Origin: the human T2T-CHM13v2.0 reference genome, Homo sapiens
Length of the DNA stretch: 64,000 nt
NCBI RefSeq assembly: GCF_009914755.1
Contig: NC_060929.1
Direction: 5' to 3' (one strand)
Numbering within the stretch: position 1 is the stretch's first letter; every line of letters starts with the position of its first letter. Made by a program: the position numbers and the translations under genes. Under the pieces are notes generated by a model, which searched no databases, had not been told where the DNA came from, and saw only the letters and a list, made by a program, of their open reading frames with translations. Below, piece after piece: positions 15,863 through 28,320 of this stretch.

Positions 15863-17799
15863 GGGTAATCTATTTCATCAATTGATGAATCTGTTGATGA
15901 ATCAACTTCATTGGCTGCAAGCTCTTCTTTCAAGGTCCCGCTCAGGATCTGTCAGGTGGGGGAGGAAATGGAAAGTGGGGTGGGCTCTTACTCATTCACA
16001 GATAGTCCTGGGAGCCTACTGTGTGCCAGGGTCTGTTCTAGGCATTGAGGGTGGAGAGGTGAACAAGAGAGTCTCAGCTACCCACCCTAATTCAACCAAA
16101 GAAGGGCTTGAATGAAGAGAGGGTTTGGAGGGTTTTTTTTTTTTTTTTTTTAAATAAAACAGTAGAAAATAAGTCTTCCTCTCACGTCATTATAGTTGGC
16201 ATTTTATTGACACTTGAGTGCTGGTATTTATTTATTTTTAAAATTAGATTAACCATTTACTCTTTAGCAGGAAACAGAGCCTTGTTGAAAAATAACACTC
16301 AAGATAGGGGCATTATGGTGGGAAAAATCTCGGTACTTTGGGTGCTGTCCTGGAGAGTGAGATGGGTTGGGTAATTACGGCAGAAGGCTCAGGGCAGTAT
16401 AAAGATGTGTGTGCCTTATTCTGGGCAGGAAGAGGGGTCTGTTCACAGGTAGAGGAAGGCTCCTTATCTTGGGCCTCCCAGTTTTGCCAATGGCTGGCCC
16501 TAAAGTTACCAGTCAGGTCACAAGGCTGTTTTCTATAAATGGGGATGGAGGTGGGGAGGGGGTGAAAATAGAAATGATTTATTGTCCTAAAGCAACAGAT
16601 CTGGGCATAGGCCCAGTGCTACTGAAAGGGTCCTTTTCATGATGCGTGGGCAACTCTCTTGGCTTCCTAAGTCATCAGAGAGGCGATTGGAATGACTTTT
16701 AAACATGGACCCTGTCAAATGATGCAAAAGTCCCATGATTTACAACCCCCCAAAGTTTATCTTGCTCTGGGAAAAAAGAAGACCTTGGAACTAAAGCTTT
16801 ACGTTTAGATGCCAATAAAAACATCTTAAAATAACGCCCTCTTCTCCCTCCTGCTCCATAATGAGAAATGGAGAGATTTAGCAAGAGGTGGGGGCTGTGG
16901 GTAGGACTATCGCAATCATCAGTGATTGAGCTTCAAGGTCCAAGGACTTTGTTGTGGTCACTGGAAATCTAATGATTTATAATTAACTCCAACAAGAAAA
17001 ACCAAATGCCATGCACTTTCCTAACAGAGCTACAAAAATAACCACATTCACAGTGTTTGCAAAATTGGAAACAAATGTCCTAAAGAACATAAGAGCTCCA
17101 TGCCGTCCTACCCAAGCTTTGGAGGAAGAAAAATACTGGCACTCCATCATGACCACAAATGATGAGCCAATATCATCTGTCATGGGAAATTCATCTAGGC
17201 AAAATCCGATTGCACCATTAGCCCTCAATGACTCTGAGAAATAGCCATACTGAAATGCCTCAAATTAAAAGCAGCCAAGGTCTGGAATTAACATCCTCTC
17301 CTCTTCTAGTTGCTGAGTTTTGTTTCTTTATCCCTTCTTTGTAAATGGAAGAGCTGGAAGGGGGAAAAGAAATACCTACTTGCGCCTTATTCCTGACACA
17401 GGTCAGAGACCCATGTGGTTCTTAAGAGTGGGTATGAACAAAGGTAATGACCATGAAATGTATTGGGGGGCTCTGAGGTGGCATAGAAAAGCATGGTGAC
17501 CTTAGTTCACTGCTGAAGGATGATGAGGATGCTGGTGATTTGGCAATGAGATTAATAACTTGAGTTAAAAAACTTTTTTAAGGATATTTATATTCCACCC
17601 CATGAATAACCTTAGTTCTTGTGCTGATGTGGAATATGAAAGGTTTGATTATGAAAGTTTATTCAGGAAAAATTATCTGTAGGACAACTTTGATGCTATT
17701 GAAGATGAAAGCCATGCAGGAAAGGACAGAGTTAATATTCTAAAACAATAATGAACTAAATCCAGGTAACATCATAAACACTTTAAAAGCATCTCCTTT

Positions 17800-17960
17800 A
17801 ATTTGCACAGCCCCATAAGACAATCTTTACTATCATTCAGATTTTACAGATGAGAAAATAAAGTCTCTGCAAACTTCAAAAACTTGCTGAATTTCAGTTA
17901 GTGAGAAGCAGAACTGGGATAAGGACCCGAGATTATCTGACTCCAAAGCATCTGCTCTAA
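17800..17960 (-). mobile_element. MIR fragment
   Basis: 'attttacagatgagaaaat...gcagaactggga...tctgactccaaagc'. Confidence 0.65.
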
Positions 17961-18713
17961 ACTATTTCTTAGGTGGGTTTCTATGCATTTTCCCTGTAAA
18001 GGCAATGTTTTCCAAACTGTGATTCACCAGCTCAGGGGGGCCATAGGAAAATTTTGAATGACCTTGCCATTATTTTTCTAAATCTGTATGTAAAGTTGAA
18101 AACAAAGCCTTTTCAACTCTCACATCTCATAATCCTACCTATGATTCTAAGAATTAAGTAATGTGCCTTCCCTCAGGGGACCCAAGACCGTAATGTTAGC
18201 TGAGGGAGAAGGAATGTAGATGAGTGAACTTTCAAACTGACTAACTTAAAGGTAGCAGCAATCAGATGTGAAAACTTGAAAAGTGCCCGAGAATCAACTG
18301 TATGGACCTTGTCAGTCTATGTAAACTTTGCACAATGAATATGCGAATTTCTTACATATTCTCATGCTTATATACTTCTAACAGACCTGGATATGGCCTC
18401 CTGGGAAAATGCTGGCCTAAGCCTTTCTGCAAAAGTCACCTATGAGACCAAGAATTTCCACTGTTTCTGTCCAAAGCATGGGATTAATTAAAGAAATTCT
18501 CACTCCTTGTTTTTTGCTTGAGAAATTAATTCTTCCTATGGGAAATATTTTTAATGCCCTAAAACTATCTGGACTTCAGGAACTTGAGCTTTGTATCGTA
18601 GCTGCCTTCTGCCCCTAAGGAATATAATCTATCTAAGCCATTAAATTGTTGTGAATACCAATAATAGGACATTTTTATGGAGTTCAGGATATGAAGCAAA
18701 AGCTATTAGACTG

Positions 18714-18716
<3 letters not shown>

Positions 18717-18747
<31 letters not shown>
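18717..18747. repeat. (TG)n microsatellite
   Basis: Direct reading. Confidence 0.9.
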
Positions 18748-18752
<5 letters not shown>

Positions 18753-19680
18753 CACATTGAAAAACTAGTTAAACATTTCAGATCTCTTTAGATTTATACA
18801 GGGTTATTTATTACAAGGTTCCGAAACTTTCTAGAGGCAGCAATCTTCTGGTGATCTTTATCAAGCTGTTCTTTATCCTCCTACAGGGCTGCTTGTTTTG
18901 TTCTTTCTCCCCCACCCCAGCCCCTGCCCCCCCCCTCTCCTTCTCTTGTTCTTTTTTCTTGAATTTGGCTTTAACAGGGAAATAAAATGTCAACTATATG
19001 TGAAAAAAATCCAGTGGTAAAATTTGCAAGTGGGAATACAATTTGAAAGCAATGCCAAAGTTATGTTAAGCAGCCAGGTTTTTTTTTAAATTAAATTTTT
19101 AAAATTTCTCTGCTAATTAGGCTGCACATTTGAAATCTTAAACATGTGTAGAATTGTGAGGGATCTTGTCTGTTGAGAGGGGCTTAATTCCAGCAGTGCT
19201 TGATAGCTGAGTGTTGAGTTTTCCAATGGTCACAATAGACACCATCAACACTCATTATTTTTTGAGTGCCTTTTTCTAAATGGCAATGTGGAAGGAAGAA
19301 TTAGAGAAAGTTAGAGCTGCCCTGAACTCAGATATCATCTATCCCAGGGGTTTTTCATTTTTTTTTTTTAAGCCCAGGAAACAAAATAATATCCGGAAGT
19401 CTGATGTGTAAAGCAGATAGACTCGAGCCTCTATGTGTGTTGGGGTGTTTGTGAGTGTGGGTTCATGAATGCCTCATACTTTTCTGTTAGGACAGAGCAT
19501 TGTCTGCCGGCAGTGGGTACACAAAATTCTTAGGATTATAGATTAAGAGTTCATAATCTCAGACTACTCTCCAATTTTATTGAGTCAGAACCCAAGTCCC
19601 AGAAAGTTGAACTGAATTGTCCAAGGTCACACTGCTGGAAAGATGTGGAGAAGGCACTTGACTGCATTTTCTTAATTCGA

Positions 19681-19731
19681 TCTTTCTGTCTCTCTTTCTC
19701 TTTCTCTCTTTCTATCTCTTTCTCTTTCTTT

Positions 19732-19790
<59 letters not shown>

Positions 19791-19901
19791 CTTTCTCTCT
19801 TTCTCTCTCTCTTTCTCTTTCTTTCTCTCTCTCTTTCTCTCTTTTTCCCTCCCTCCCTCCCTTCCCCTCTCCCTACCTCTCCCTTCCCCCTGCCTTCCTT
19901 T
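19681..19901. repeat. Compound (TC)/(TTTC)n/(CCCT) polypyrimidine tract (Alu tail-derived)
   Basis: About 220 bp almost entirely C/T on the + strand, abutting the Alu 3' end. Confidence 0.92.
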
Positions 19902-20143
19902 TTGAGACAGGGTCTCACTCTGTCACCCAGGCTGGAGTGTAGTGGTGAGATCCCAGTTCACTGCAGTCTCAACCTTCTGGGCTGGGCATGCATCACCACA
20001 CCCAGCTAATTTCAATATATTTTTTTTGTAGAGATGGAGTTTTGCTATGTTGCCCAGGTCTTGAACTCCTGAGCTCAAGCAATCTGCCTGTCTCGGCCTC
20101 CCAAAGTGTTGGGATTACACGTGAGAGCCACTGTGCCCAGCCT
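19902..20143 (-). mobile_element. AluJ with internal deletion in the right arm
   Basis: 'accttctgggctgggcatgcatcacc' skips the usual 'tcaag...cctcagcctcc...gggactaca' segment. Confidence 0.88.
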
Positions 20144-20519
20144 GCTCTTTCTTTTCTACTGTAATGCACTGTGTTTCACTATAATGCTTGTGTTTCCTGG
20201 AATGCAGGGAAATTATGAATTTTTGCTAGTGAGTAATCCAATAAATGCTATGGGTGAAAATAAAGTTAGTGTATATGTAAGGATAAGGTGAGAAACTTTG
20301 TAAAGTTTCATTAAGATGACCATTCAAACTATATATATAGCTGGCGAATTAGGAGTGTGAGAAATAACTGTGAAAGATTGATATAACAACATTATAAAAA
20401 CCAAGAAAATGGCCAGTTTCAATCAATAGACCTATTCTCAATGAATGAGAATGTATGAATTAATGAAAAGTATACCTTTATATATAGTCATTGATATCAA
20501 TGTAAAGTTTTTAGCTTTT

Positions 20520-20851
<332 letters not shown>

Positions 20852-21774
20852 AGTTTTTTGATTTACAATTTTTCTTAAAGTTAAGAGAATATTACCATAC
20901 ATCCAGAATACATGCTTTCCTAGTGATTTTCCAATATTCTGTATTTATAAAACAAAATGTCCTCTGTATTTCTACTTTAGAGCTACTATTAGTGCATATG
21001 TTATAAATGTAATTAAAAACTTCCCCCCAGACAATCTCTATGCAAAATTGTTCTGCACTTTTTTTCCAGCAAATGTGGTAGTTTCTGCCTGCTTGGAACT
21101 CACTATCAATAGTCTCATCCTTTATCACCACCATTTGGTTAGAACTTTGTGTTTTTTTTTTTTGTCATCAGGAAACATTCATCATATGGATGTATGTATG
21201 GTCTTGGAGTTGTCCTGGGGATGCCACCAAACAAATATCTGATGTTTGAGCAGGTTTAAATCTAGTAAGATCTGAGCAGCTGAGACGGGGCAGAAAGCGG
21301 GGAGTGTAGGTAGTCCAGAATCGAAGAATCAAGTTGTTGGCAAGAGTAGCACAACAGAGATTTTTACTCTGCCTTGTTTAGTCTCATTTGCTGAGGTAGT
21401 GGTAGGGTACCTGGTTCTAATATCTTAAAGGGCAGGAGGGAGTCAAGGGGCACTAGGCTGGGCAAATCCCTCCTGTGATAAGCCAGGAACAGAGATACTA
21501 GAATTTCCTCACCGCCTCCAACCCAAAATGGACTGACCAATATTAGAGACCAAAGCACTCATTTAGGCAGGATTTGGTCCTCTAAGTTGCTTTTTTTGTG
21601 GACAGTACCTCTTCTGAGAATCTAGGCTTCATAGTTCCTCAGAGCTTGGGTGGTCTAATTACCAATTCTTTGTTGAAAGCTTTGCAGCATTCTGGCAATG
21701 TGAAGTTGAAGCAATCTCACCTACTTCTCCAGGCCTTTGAGAAAATGCATATTTCAGTGCTCATGCCCTTTTCT

Positions 21775-21775
21775 T

Positions 21776-21823
<48 letters not shown>

Positions 21824-22174
21824 ATCTATCTATCTATCTATCTGTCTATCTTTCTTTAAGTTCTGGGATACATGTGTCTGGGATATAGGTTTGTTACATA
21901 GGTATACATGTGCCATGGTAGTTTGCTGCACCTGTCAACCTGTCATCTATGTTTTAAGCCCCTCATGCATTAGGTATTTCTCCTAATGCTCTCCCTCCCC
22001 TTGCCCCTCACCCCCCAACAGACTGTTGTGTGATGTTTCCCTCCCTGTGTCCATGTGTTCTCATTGTTTAATTCCCAGTTATGAGTGAGAACATGTGGTG
22101 TTTGGTTTTCTGTTCCTGTGTTAGTTTGCTGAGAATGATGGTTTCCAGCTTCATCCATGTCCTTGCAAAGGACA
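21775..22174 (-). mobile_element. 5'-truncated L1PA 3' end with (TCTA)n tail
   Basis: L1PA 3'UTR 'ggtttgttacataggtatacatgtgccatgg'; perfect 16-bp TSD gctcatgcccttttct at 21759-21774 and 22175-22190. Confidence 0.93.
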
Positions 22175-22989
22175 GCTCATGCCCTTTTCTACTTCCCCTG
22201 TTAACCTTGAAAATGAGAGTGAGGGTTCAGCCCAGAAAAATGAATGGGGAGGGCACAGGCTTTGGGCATTCGATAGATTCTGGGAAGCGGCCCCCTCCAT
22301 CCTAAACAATAAACACCAGTCGTTCTTCTGTTGTGTCAGGCATAGATTTACATCATTAAACATTCATTACCCCTCTGATTCTAAAAAGCATTTTCATGCA
22401 CTGAAAATGTCTTCAAATATGGAGAAATTACACTTTAATTGGATTACCATCTTCATAGGGATTAGTACATTTCTTTGATTCTAAAATGCATTTTTACCCC
22501 ACATTTTTAACACTTGGAAAACTGTTATTAAATTGATGATTCATTTGAAAAGAGATGACATCTTAGAATAAAATACCATACCATAGCTTCTTTAGTTAAT
22601 TTCTAATTTTGACTCTGAATGAAATTGTGTAACCACAAGATCATGGTGGTAGTGACAGGAGAGGAGGAGGTGTGAGGAGCGTGTGGGCAGATTCTTGAAA
22701 TGAGAGAGGGATTGTGCTACAGAAAATTTTGCCTGCTTATTTTTTATCTGGGATTATGGTTCTCTCTGACCTCCATTCAGCTGCTTGTAACTGGGCATTT
22801 CTCCCCCAACTTTACTGGAGAATTTTGGATCTTTTTCATCATTACAATCAGCCATTTGTTTATTGTCCACTACATAAAATTACAAAGAGCTAAAAGGCAA
22901 GCCCTTCTACTTCAGGATATATGGGAAAATTGAGAGGTTTTTGTGACTGTTGTAGAGTAGGGTGGGAAGAGGCCTCCATTAAATATTAC

Positions 22990-23190
22990 TTATTTGTAAC
23001 AGCTCTGTGTGGTTATAACTCACATGCCATACAATTCACCCATTTAAAATATACAATTCAATGAATTTTAGAGTCCTCATGGAGTTGAGCAATGGTCATC
23101 ACTGTCAATTTTAGAACATTTTCATCACCACTAAAAGAAATCCTGTACTCTTTAGCAGTCACCCTTCATTCCTCCCATTTTCCCCAACAT
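22990..23190 (-). mobile_element. L1MB-type 3' fragment
   Basis: 'tacaattcacccatttaaaatatacaattcaatg...ttttagaacattttcatcacc'. Confidence 0.8.
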
Positions 23191-23299
23191 TAGATACTAT
23201 TCCATTTAAATTTGTAGACCAAAAATACAGCATGGTGGTCTTCTAGGAGTTAGAAGTTTCAAGAAGATTCCAAATGTTGGTGTTGCTACTTAAAAATTA

Positions 23300-23505
23300 T
23301 TTCTTTGAGCCATATTTTCTTCATAAAATTGGTATAATGACCCTCTCACATCATAGGTAATTATTATTAATGTGGAAGTCATGAGGATTAAATAAGGTAA
23401 CGCATATGAAAGCATCAGCATAGGGCATGTCACGTACTGGGTTCAGACGAGATTGGGCACGCCTAGGGTGGTATGGCCGTAGACATACTAGGTTAAGAAT
23501 GTTCT
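23300..23505 (+). mobile_element. MIR 3' part, interrupted by a 5S fragment
   Basis: 'gaggattaaataaggtaacgcatatgaaagca'. Confidence 0.55.
23443..23484 (-). pseudogene. 5S rRNA 5'-fragment (nt 1 to about 42) retropseudogene
   Basis: Reverse complement GTCTACGGCCATACCACCCTAGGCGTGCCCAATCTCGTCTGA compared with the 5S start GTCTACGGCCATACCACCCTGAACGCGCCCGATCTCGTCTGA. Confidence 0.9.
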
Positions 23506-24501
23506 TCATGCATTCATTTCCTTCAAGATGGAGCCCAGAGTTGAATTGCAGAAAGATGAGTGTTTCCTGGTCTCTGTCTTCCCTCTATGTGTAGACCAAG
23601 TCCTTGGTAGATGCCAACTCAGTGCCTCTCAGAAGCCCCATTTGGAAACAGTTAAAGCTCAGTACTTGCTGGTGACACCTCAACTCAGCGGTTAAACTGA
23701 TAACACAAAACAGTGGGCTTGATTTCCATTTTCTTGGAAAAGAAAAAACGATGTTATCTATTTTATTCAGATAATGGGAAGTAGGCCTAAACTCTCAGTA
23801 TTTCCCGCAACTGGGTGGATTTCAGAGAGATGCAGCATCCCCAGAGCCAGAGTGGTCAGTAAGAGTGATGATGTGGGATAGAAACTGTGATCCTTTGAGT
23901 GCCAACCCTCTCTTCCTGTGGACCTGCATGCAATATAAGGACTAAGAGATGAGGGTTGCTGGGACTCCAAAATCAATCCCACAGGCATTTTTGGCCCTGG
24001 AAAACCCCACTGAACAGAGTCAAACACTGTTCTTTGAGAATCTCAGAGAGGGGCGAGATTTTGCCTTTATTTGCCAATTCTTGAGTAGCAGGAAGGTGAG
24101 ATGTGTTTCTGCCTTAGTATGATGGATGGCAAAACTGAAGTGGAGGGTAATTTCTGTGGTCTGAGGTCCTGAGATCTTCCAAGAAGGGGGTTTATGATGA
24201 TCTCATGATTCTAAACTCTCTGCTCCTGCTTCTGCCAGAATCAGGATGCTCCTGGGAGCTTTGAGCTCTCTCTGTCTCTACTGACTTTTGCCAGCACCAT
24301 CTCCAGATTATTCAGCTGAAAACAATTTAGCCAAAAATAAACTGTTCAACATTACTATTTGGTGAAAGAAAAAACATAAAATAATTATTTCTCAGACATT
24401 AATCCCAAAGCCTTGATATTTTTTGTTTATGATTGCAACCACTTTGTAATCTTTATTTATCTTTAATGATTTTTGCCCATTTAAAATTTAACTTTTCAAG
24501 A

Positions 24502-24615
24502 GGCCAGGCATGGTGGCTCACACCTGTAATCTCAGCACTTTGGGAGGCTGAGGTGGGAGGATAGCTTGAGGCCAGGAGTTTAAGACCAGCCTGGGCAGCA
24601 TAGGGAGATCACGTC
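24502..24615 (+). mobile_element. AluJ left part (split by the MaLR provirus)
   Basis: Alu 5' end up to 'gagatcacgtc'; continues at 28821. Confidence 0.9.
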
Positions 24616-24981
24616 TGATATGGTTTGGCTCTGTGTCCCCACCCAAATCTCATCTTGAATTGTAATCCCCACATGTCTAGGCAGGGACCTGGTGGGAGAT
24701 AATTGGATCATGGGAGTGGCTTCCCCTATGGTGTTCCTGTGATGGTGAGGGAGTTCTCATGAGATCTGATGGTTTAAGAGTGGCAGTTTCCCCTGCATGC
24801 TCTCTCTCTCTCGTGCTGCTTTGGAAGAAGGTGCTTATTTCCTCTTCGCCTTCCACCATGATTGTAAGTTTCCTGAGGCCTCCCCAGCCATGTGGAACGG
24901 TGAGTCAATTAAACATTTGTTGTTATAAATTACTCAGTCTCAGGTAGAATCTCTATAGCAGCGTGAAAATGGACTAATACA
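24616..24981 (+). mobile_element. THE1D/MSTA-type 5' LTR
   Basis: 'tgatatggtttggctctgtgtccccacccaaatctc...ggactaataca'. Confidence 0.92.
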
Positions 24982-26532
24982 AAAAATTGGTACCAGGAGT
25001 GGGGTACTGCTATAAAGATAACCAGAAGACATGGAAGTAACTTTGGAACTGGGTAATGGGCAGAGTTTGGAACAGTTTGGAGGGCTCAGAAGAAGACAAG
25101 AAGACGCAGGGAAGTTTGGAACTTCCTAGAGACTTGTTGAATGGTTTTGGCCAAAATGCTGATAGCGATATGGACAATGAAGTCCAGGCTGAGGTGGTCT
25201 CAGATGGAGATGAGGAATCTACTGGGAACTGGAACAAAGGTCACTCTTGCTGTGCTTCAGCAAAGAGATTGGTGGCATTTTGCCCCTGGCCTAGAGATCT
25301 GTGGAACTTTGAATTTGAGAGAGTTGATTTAGGGTATCTGATGTAAGAAATTTCTAGGCAGCAAAGTATTCAAGAGTTGACCTGGCTGATTTTGAAAACA
25401 TTCAGTCATATGTGTTCACAAAGAGATGGTTTGAAAATGAAACTTATGTTTCAAAGGAAAGCAGAGCATAAAGATTTGGAAGATTTGCAGCCTGACCATG
25501 CAGTAGAAAAGAAAAACCCATTTTCTAGGGAGGAATACAAGCTGCCTGCAGAAATTTGCATGAGTAATGAGGAGCTGAATGTTAATCACCAAGACAATGG
25601 GGAAAAAGTCTCCATGGCATTTCAGAGATCTTCATGGCAGCCTCTCCCATCACAGGCCCAGAGGCCTAGGAGGGAAAAATAGTTTTGTGGGCCAGGCCCA
25701 GGGCCCTGCTGCTCTGTGCAGCCTCAGGACTTGGCGCCCTGCATCCCAGCTGCTCCAGCTCCAGCCATGGCTAAAAGGGACCAATGTACAGCTCAAGCTG
25801 TCATTTCAGGGGCTGCAAGCCCCAAGCCTTGGCAGCTTCCACATGGCCTGTGGGTGAACAGAAGATAAGAGTTGAGCTTTGGGAGCCTCCACCTAGATTT
25901 CAGAGGATGTATGGAAATGCTTGGATGTCCAGCAGAAGTCTGCTGCAGGGGCAGAGCCCTCATAGAGAACGTCTGCCAGGGCAGTGCAGAAAGGAAATGT
26001 GGAATTGGAGCCCTCACACACAGTCACCACTGGGGCATTGCCTAGTGGAGCTGTGAGAAGAGGTTCACCGTCCCCCGGACCCCAGAAAGGTAGATCCACT
26101 GACAGCTTACATCATGTGCCTAGAAAAGCCATAGGCACTCAACACCAGCCCATAAGAACAGACACAGGGACAGAGCTGCCCAAGGCTGTGGGAGCCCATA
26201 CCTTGGCATCAGTGTGACCTGGATGTGAGACATGGACTCAAAAGAGATTTTGGAGCTTTAAGATTTAATGACTGCCTGTCCTGGTTTTGGACTTGCATGG
26301 GGCTTATGGACCTGTTGTTTTGGCCAATTTCTCCCATTTGGAAAGGGAACATTTACCCAATGCCTGTACCCCTATTGTATCTTGGAAGTAAACTGAATTG
26401 CTTTTGATTTTACAGGTTCCTACGTGGAAGTGACTTGCCTTGTCTCAGATGCGATTTTGGACTTGGATTTTTGAGTTAATGCTGGAATGAGTTAAGACAT
26501 TGGGGGACTGTTGGGAAGGCATGATTAGTTTT
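24982..26532 (+). mobile_element. THE1/MST internal region (MaLR-int) with degraded ORF
   Basis: 'ttggtaccaggagtgggg...gtaactttggaactgggtaatgggcagag...gggctcagaagaagac'; resumes at 28264-28320 with a purine-rich PPT. Confidence 0.92.
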
Positions 26533-28263
26533 TTTTTTTTTTCTGTTTAAAAATTTTTTTTTTAATTTTTAATTTTTAATTATTTTTTTTAGTATTTTTG
26601 ATCATTCTTGGGTGTTTCTTGGAGAGGGGGATTTGGCAGGGTCATAGGACAATAGTGGAGGGAAGGTCAGCAGATAAACATGTGAACAAGGGTCTCTGGT
26701 TTTCCTAGACAGAGGACCCTGCGGCCTTCCGCAGTGTTTGTGTCCCTGGGTACTTGAGATTAGGGAGTGGTGATGACTCTTAACGAGCATGCTGCCTTCA
26801 AGCATCTGTTTAACAAAGCACATCTTGCACCGCCCTTAATCCATTTAACCCTGAGTGGACACAGCACATGTTTCAGAGAGCACGGGGTTGGGGGTAAGGT
26901 TATAGATTAACAGCATCCCAAGGCAGAAGAATTTTTCTTAGTACAGAACAAAATGGAGTCTCCCATGTCTACTTCTTTCTACACAGACACAGTAACAATC
27001 TGATCTCTCTTTCTTTTCCCCACATTTCCGCCTTTTCTATTCGACAAAACCGCCATCCTCATCATGGCCCGTTCTCAATGAGCTGTTGGATACACCTCCC
27101 AGACGGGGTGGCGGCTGGGCAGAGGGGCTCCTCACTTCCCAGACGGGGCGGCCGGGCAGAGGCGCCCCCCACCTCCCAGACGGGGCAGTGGCCGGGCGGA
27201 GGCGCCCCCCACCTCCCTCCCAGACGGGGCGGCTGGCCAGGTGGGGGCTGACCCCCCACCTCCCTCCCAGAGGGGGCGGCTGGCTGGGTGGGGGCTGACC
27301 CCCCACCTCCCTCCCAGAGGGGGCGGCTGGCTGGGTGGGGGCTGACCCCCCACCTCCCTGCTGGACGGGGCGGCTGGCGGGGCGGGGGCTGCCCCCCACC
27401 TCCCGGATGGGGTGGCTGGCTGGGCGGGGGCTGCCCCCCGACCTCCTGGACGGGGTGGCTGCCGGGCAGCGGGGCTCCTCACTTCTCAGATGGGGCGGCT
27501 GGGCAGATTCGCTCCTCACCTCCCAGATGGGGTGGCGGTCAGGCAGAGACACTCCTCAGTTCCCAGATGGGGTCGTGGCCGGGCAGAGGCACTCCTCACA
27601 TCCCAGATGGGGTGGTGGGGCAGAGGTACTCCCCACATCTCAGACGATGGGCGGCGGGGCAGAGACACTCCTCACTTCCTAGACTGGATGGCGGCCGGGA
27701 AGAGGCGCCCCTCACTTCCCAGACTGGGCGGCCTGTCAGAGGGGCTCCTCACTTCCCAGACTGGGCGGCCAGGCAGAGACACTCCTCACTTCCCAGACGG
27801 GGTGGCGGCCAGGCAGAGGCTGCAATCTCGACACTTTGGGAGGCCAAGGCAGGCGGCTGGGAGGTGGAGGTTGTAGCGAGCCGAGATCACGCCACTGCAC
27901 TCCAGCCTAGGCAACATTGAGCACTGAGTGAGTGAGACTCCGTCTGCAATCCCGGCACCTCGGGAGGCAGAGGCAGGCAGATCACTCGCGGTCAGGAGCT
28001 GGAGACCAGCCCGGCCAACATGGCGAAACCCCGTCTCCACCAAAAAATGCAAAAACCAGTCAGGTGTGGTGGCGCGCGCCTGCAATCCCAGGCACTCTGC
28101 AGGCTGAGGCAGGAGAATCAGGCAGGGAGGTTGCAGTGAGCCGAGATGGCCGCAGTACAGTCCAGCCTCAGCTTTCACAACTTCAGTGGCATCAGAGGGA
28201 GACCGTGGAGGGGCACAACTTTGGTGTCATCAGAGGGAGACCGGGGAGAGGGAGAGGGAGAGG
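26533..28263 (-). mobile_element. Full-length SVA retrotransposon (older subfamily, SVA_A-C-like)
   Basis: On the - strand: short CCCTCT hexamer (about 28245-28263), Alu-like domain (about 27816-28245), GC-rich VNTR (about 27095-27815), SINE-R (about 26600-27090), poly(A); TSD gattagtttt at 26523-26532 and 28264-28273. Confidence 0.97.
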
Positions 28264-28320
28264 GATTAGTTTTGAAATGTGAAAAGGACATGGGTTCTTT
28301 TGGGAGGGGTTGGGGTGGAA

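Noticed and set aside
16983-17244. Overlapping antiparallel ORFs in repeat-free sequence
   Set aside because: Short, no recognisable protein family and no convincing splice-site pair; the region could still be conserved non-coding DNA.
25010-26407. Cluster of ORFs in the MaLR internal region
   Set aside because: They are fragments of the decayed THE1/MST internal ORF, broken by stops and frameshifts.
27095-27815. Repeat array superficially like a repeat-spacer (CRISPR) array
   Set aside because: It has no unique spacers, lies in a primate context and is the SVA VNTR.
27037-28282. Longest ORFs in the window (up to 210 aa, on both strands)
   Set aside because: They are stop-poor GC-rich SVA VNTR and Alu-like sequence, not genes.
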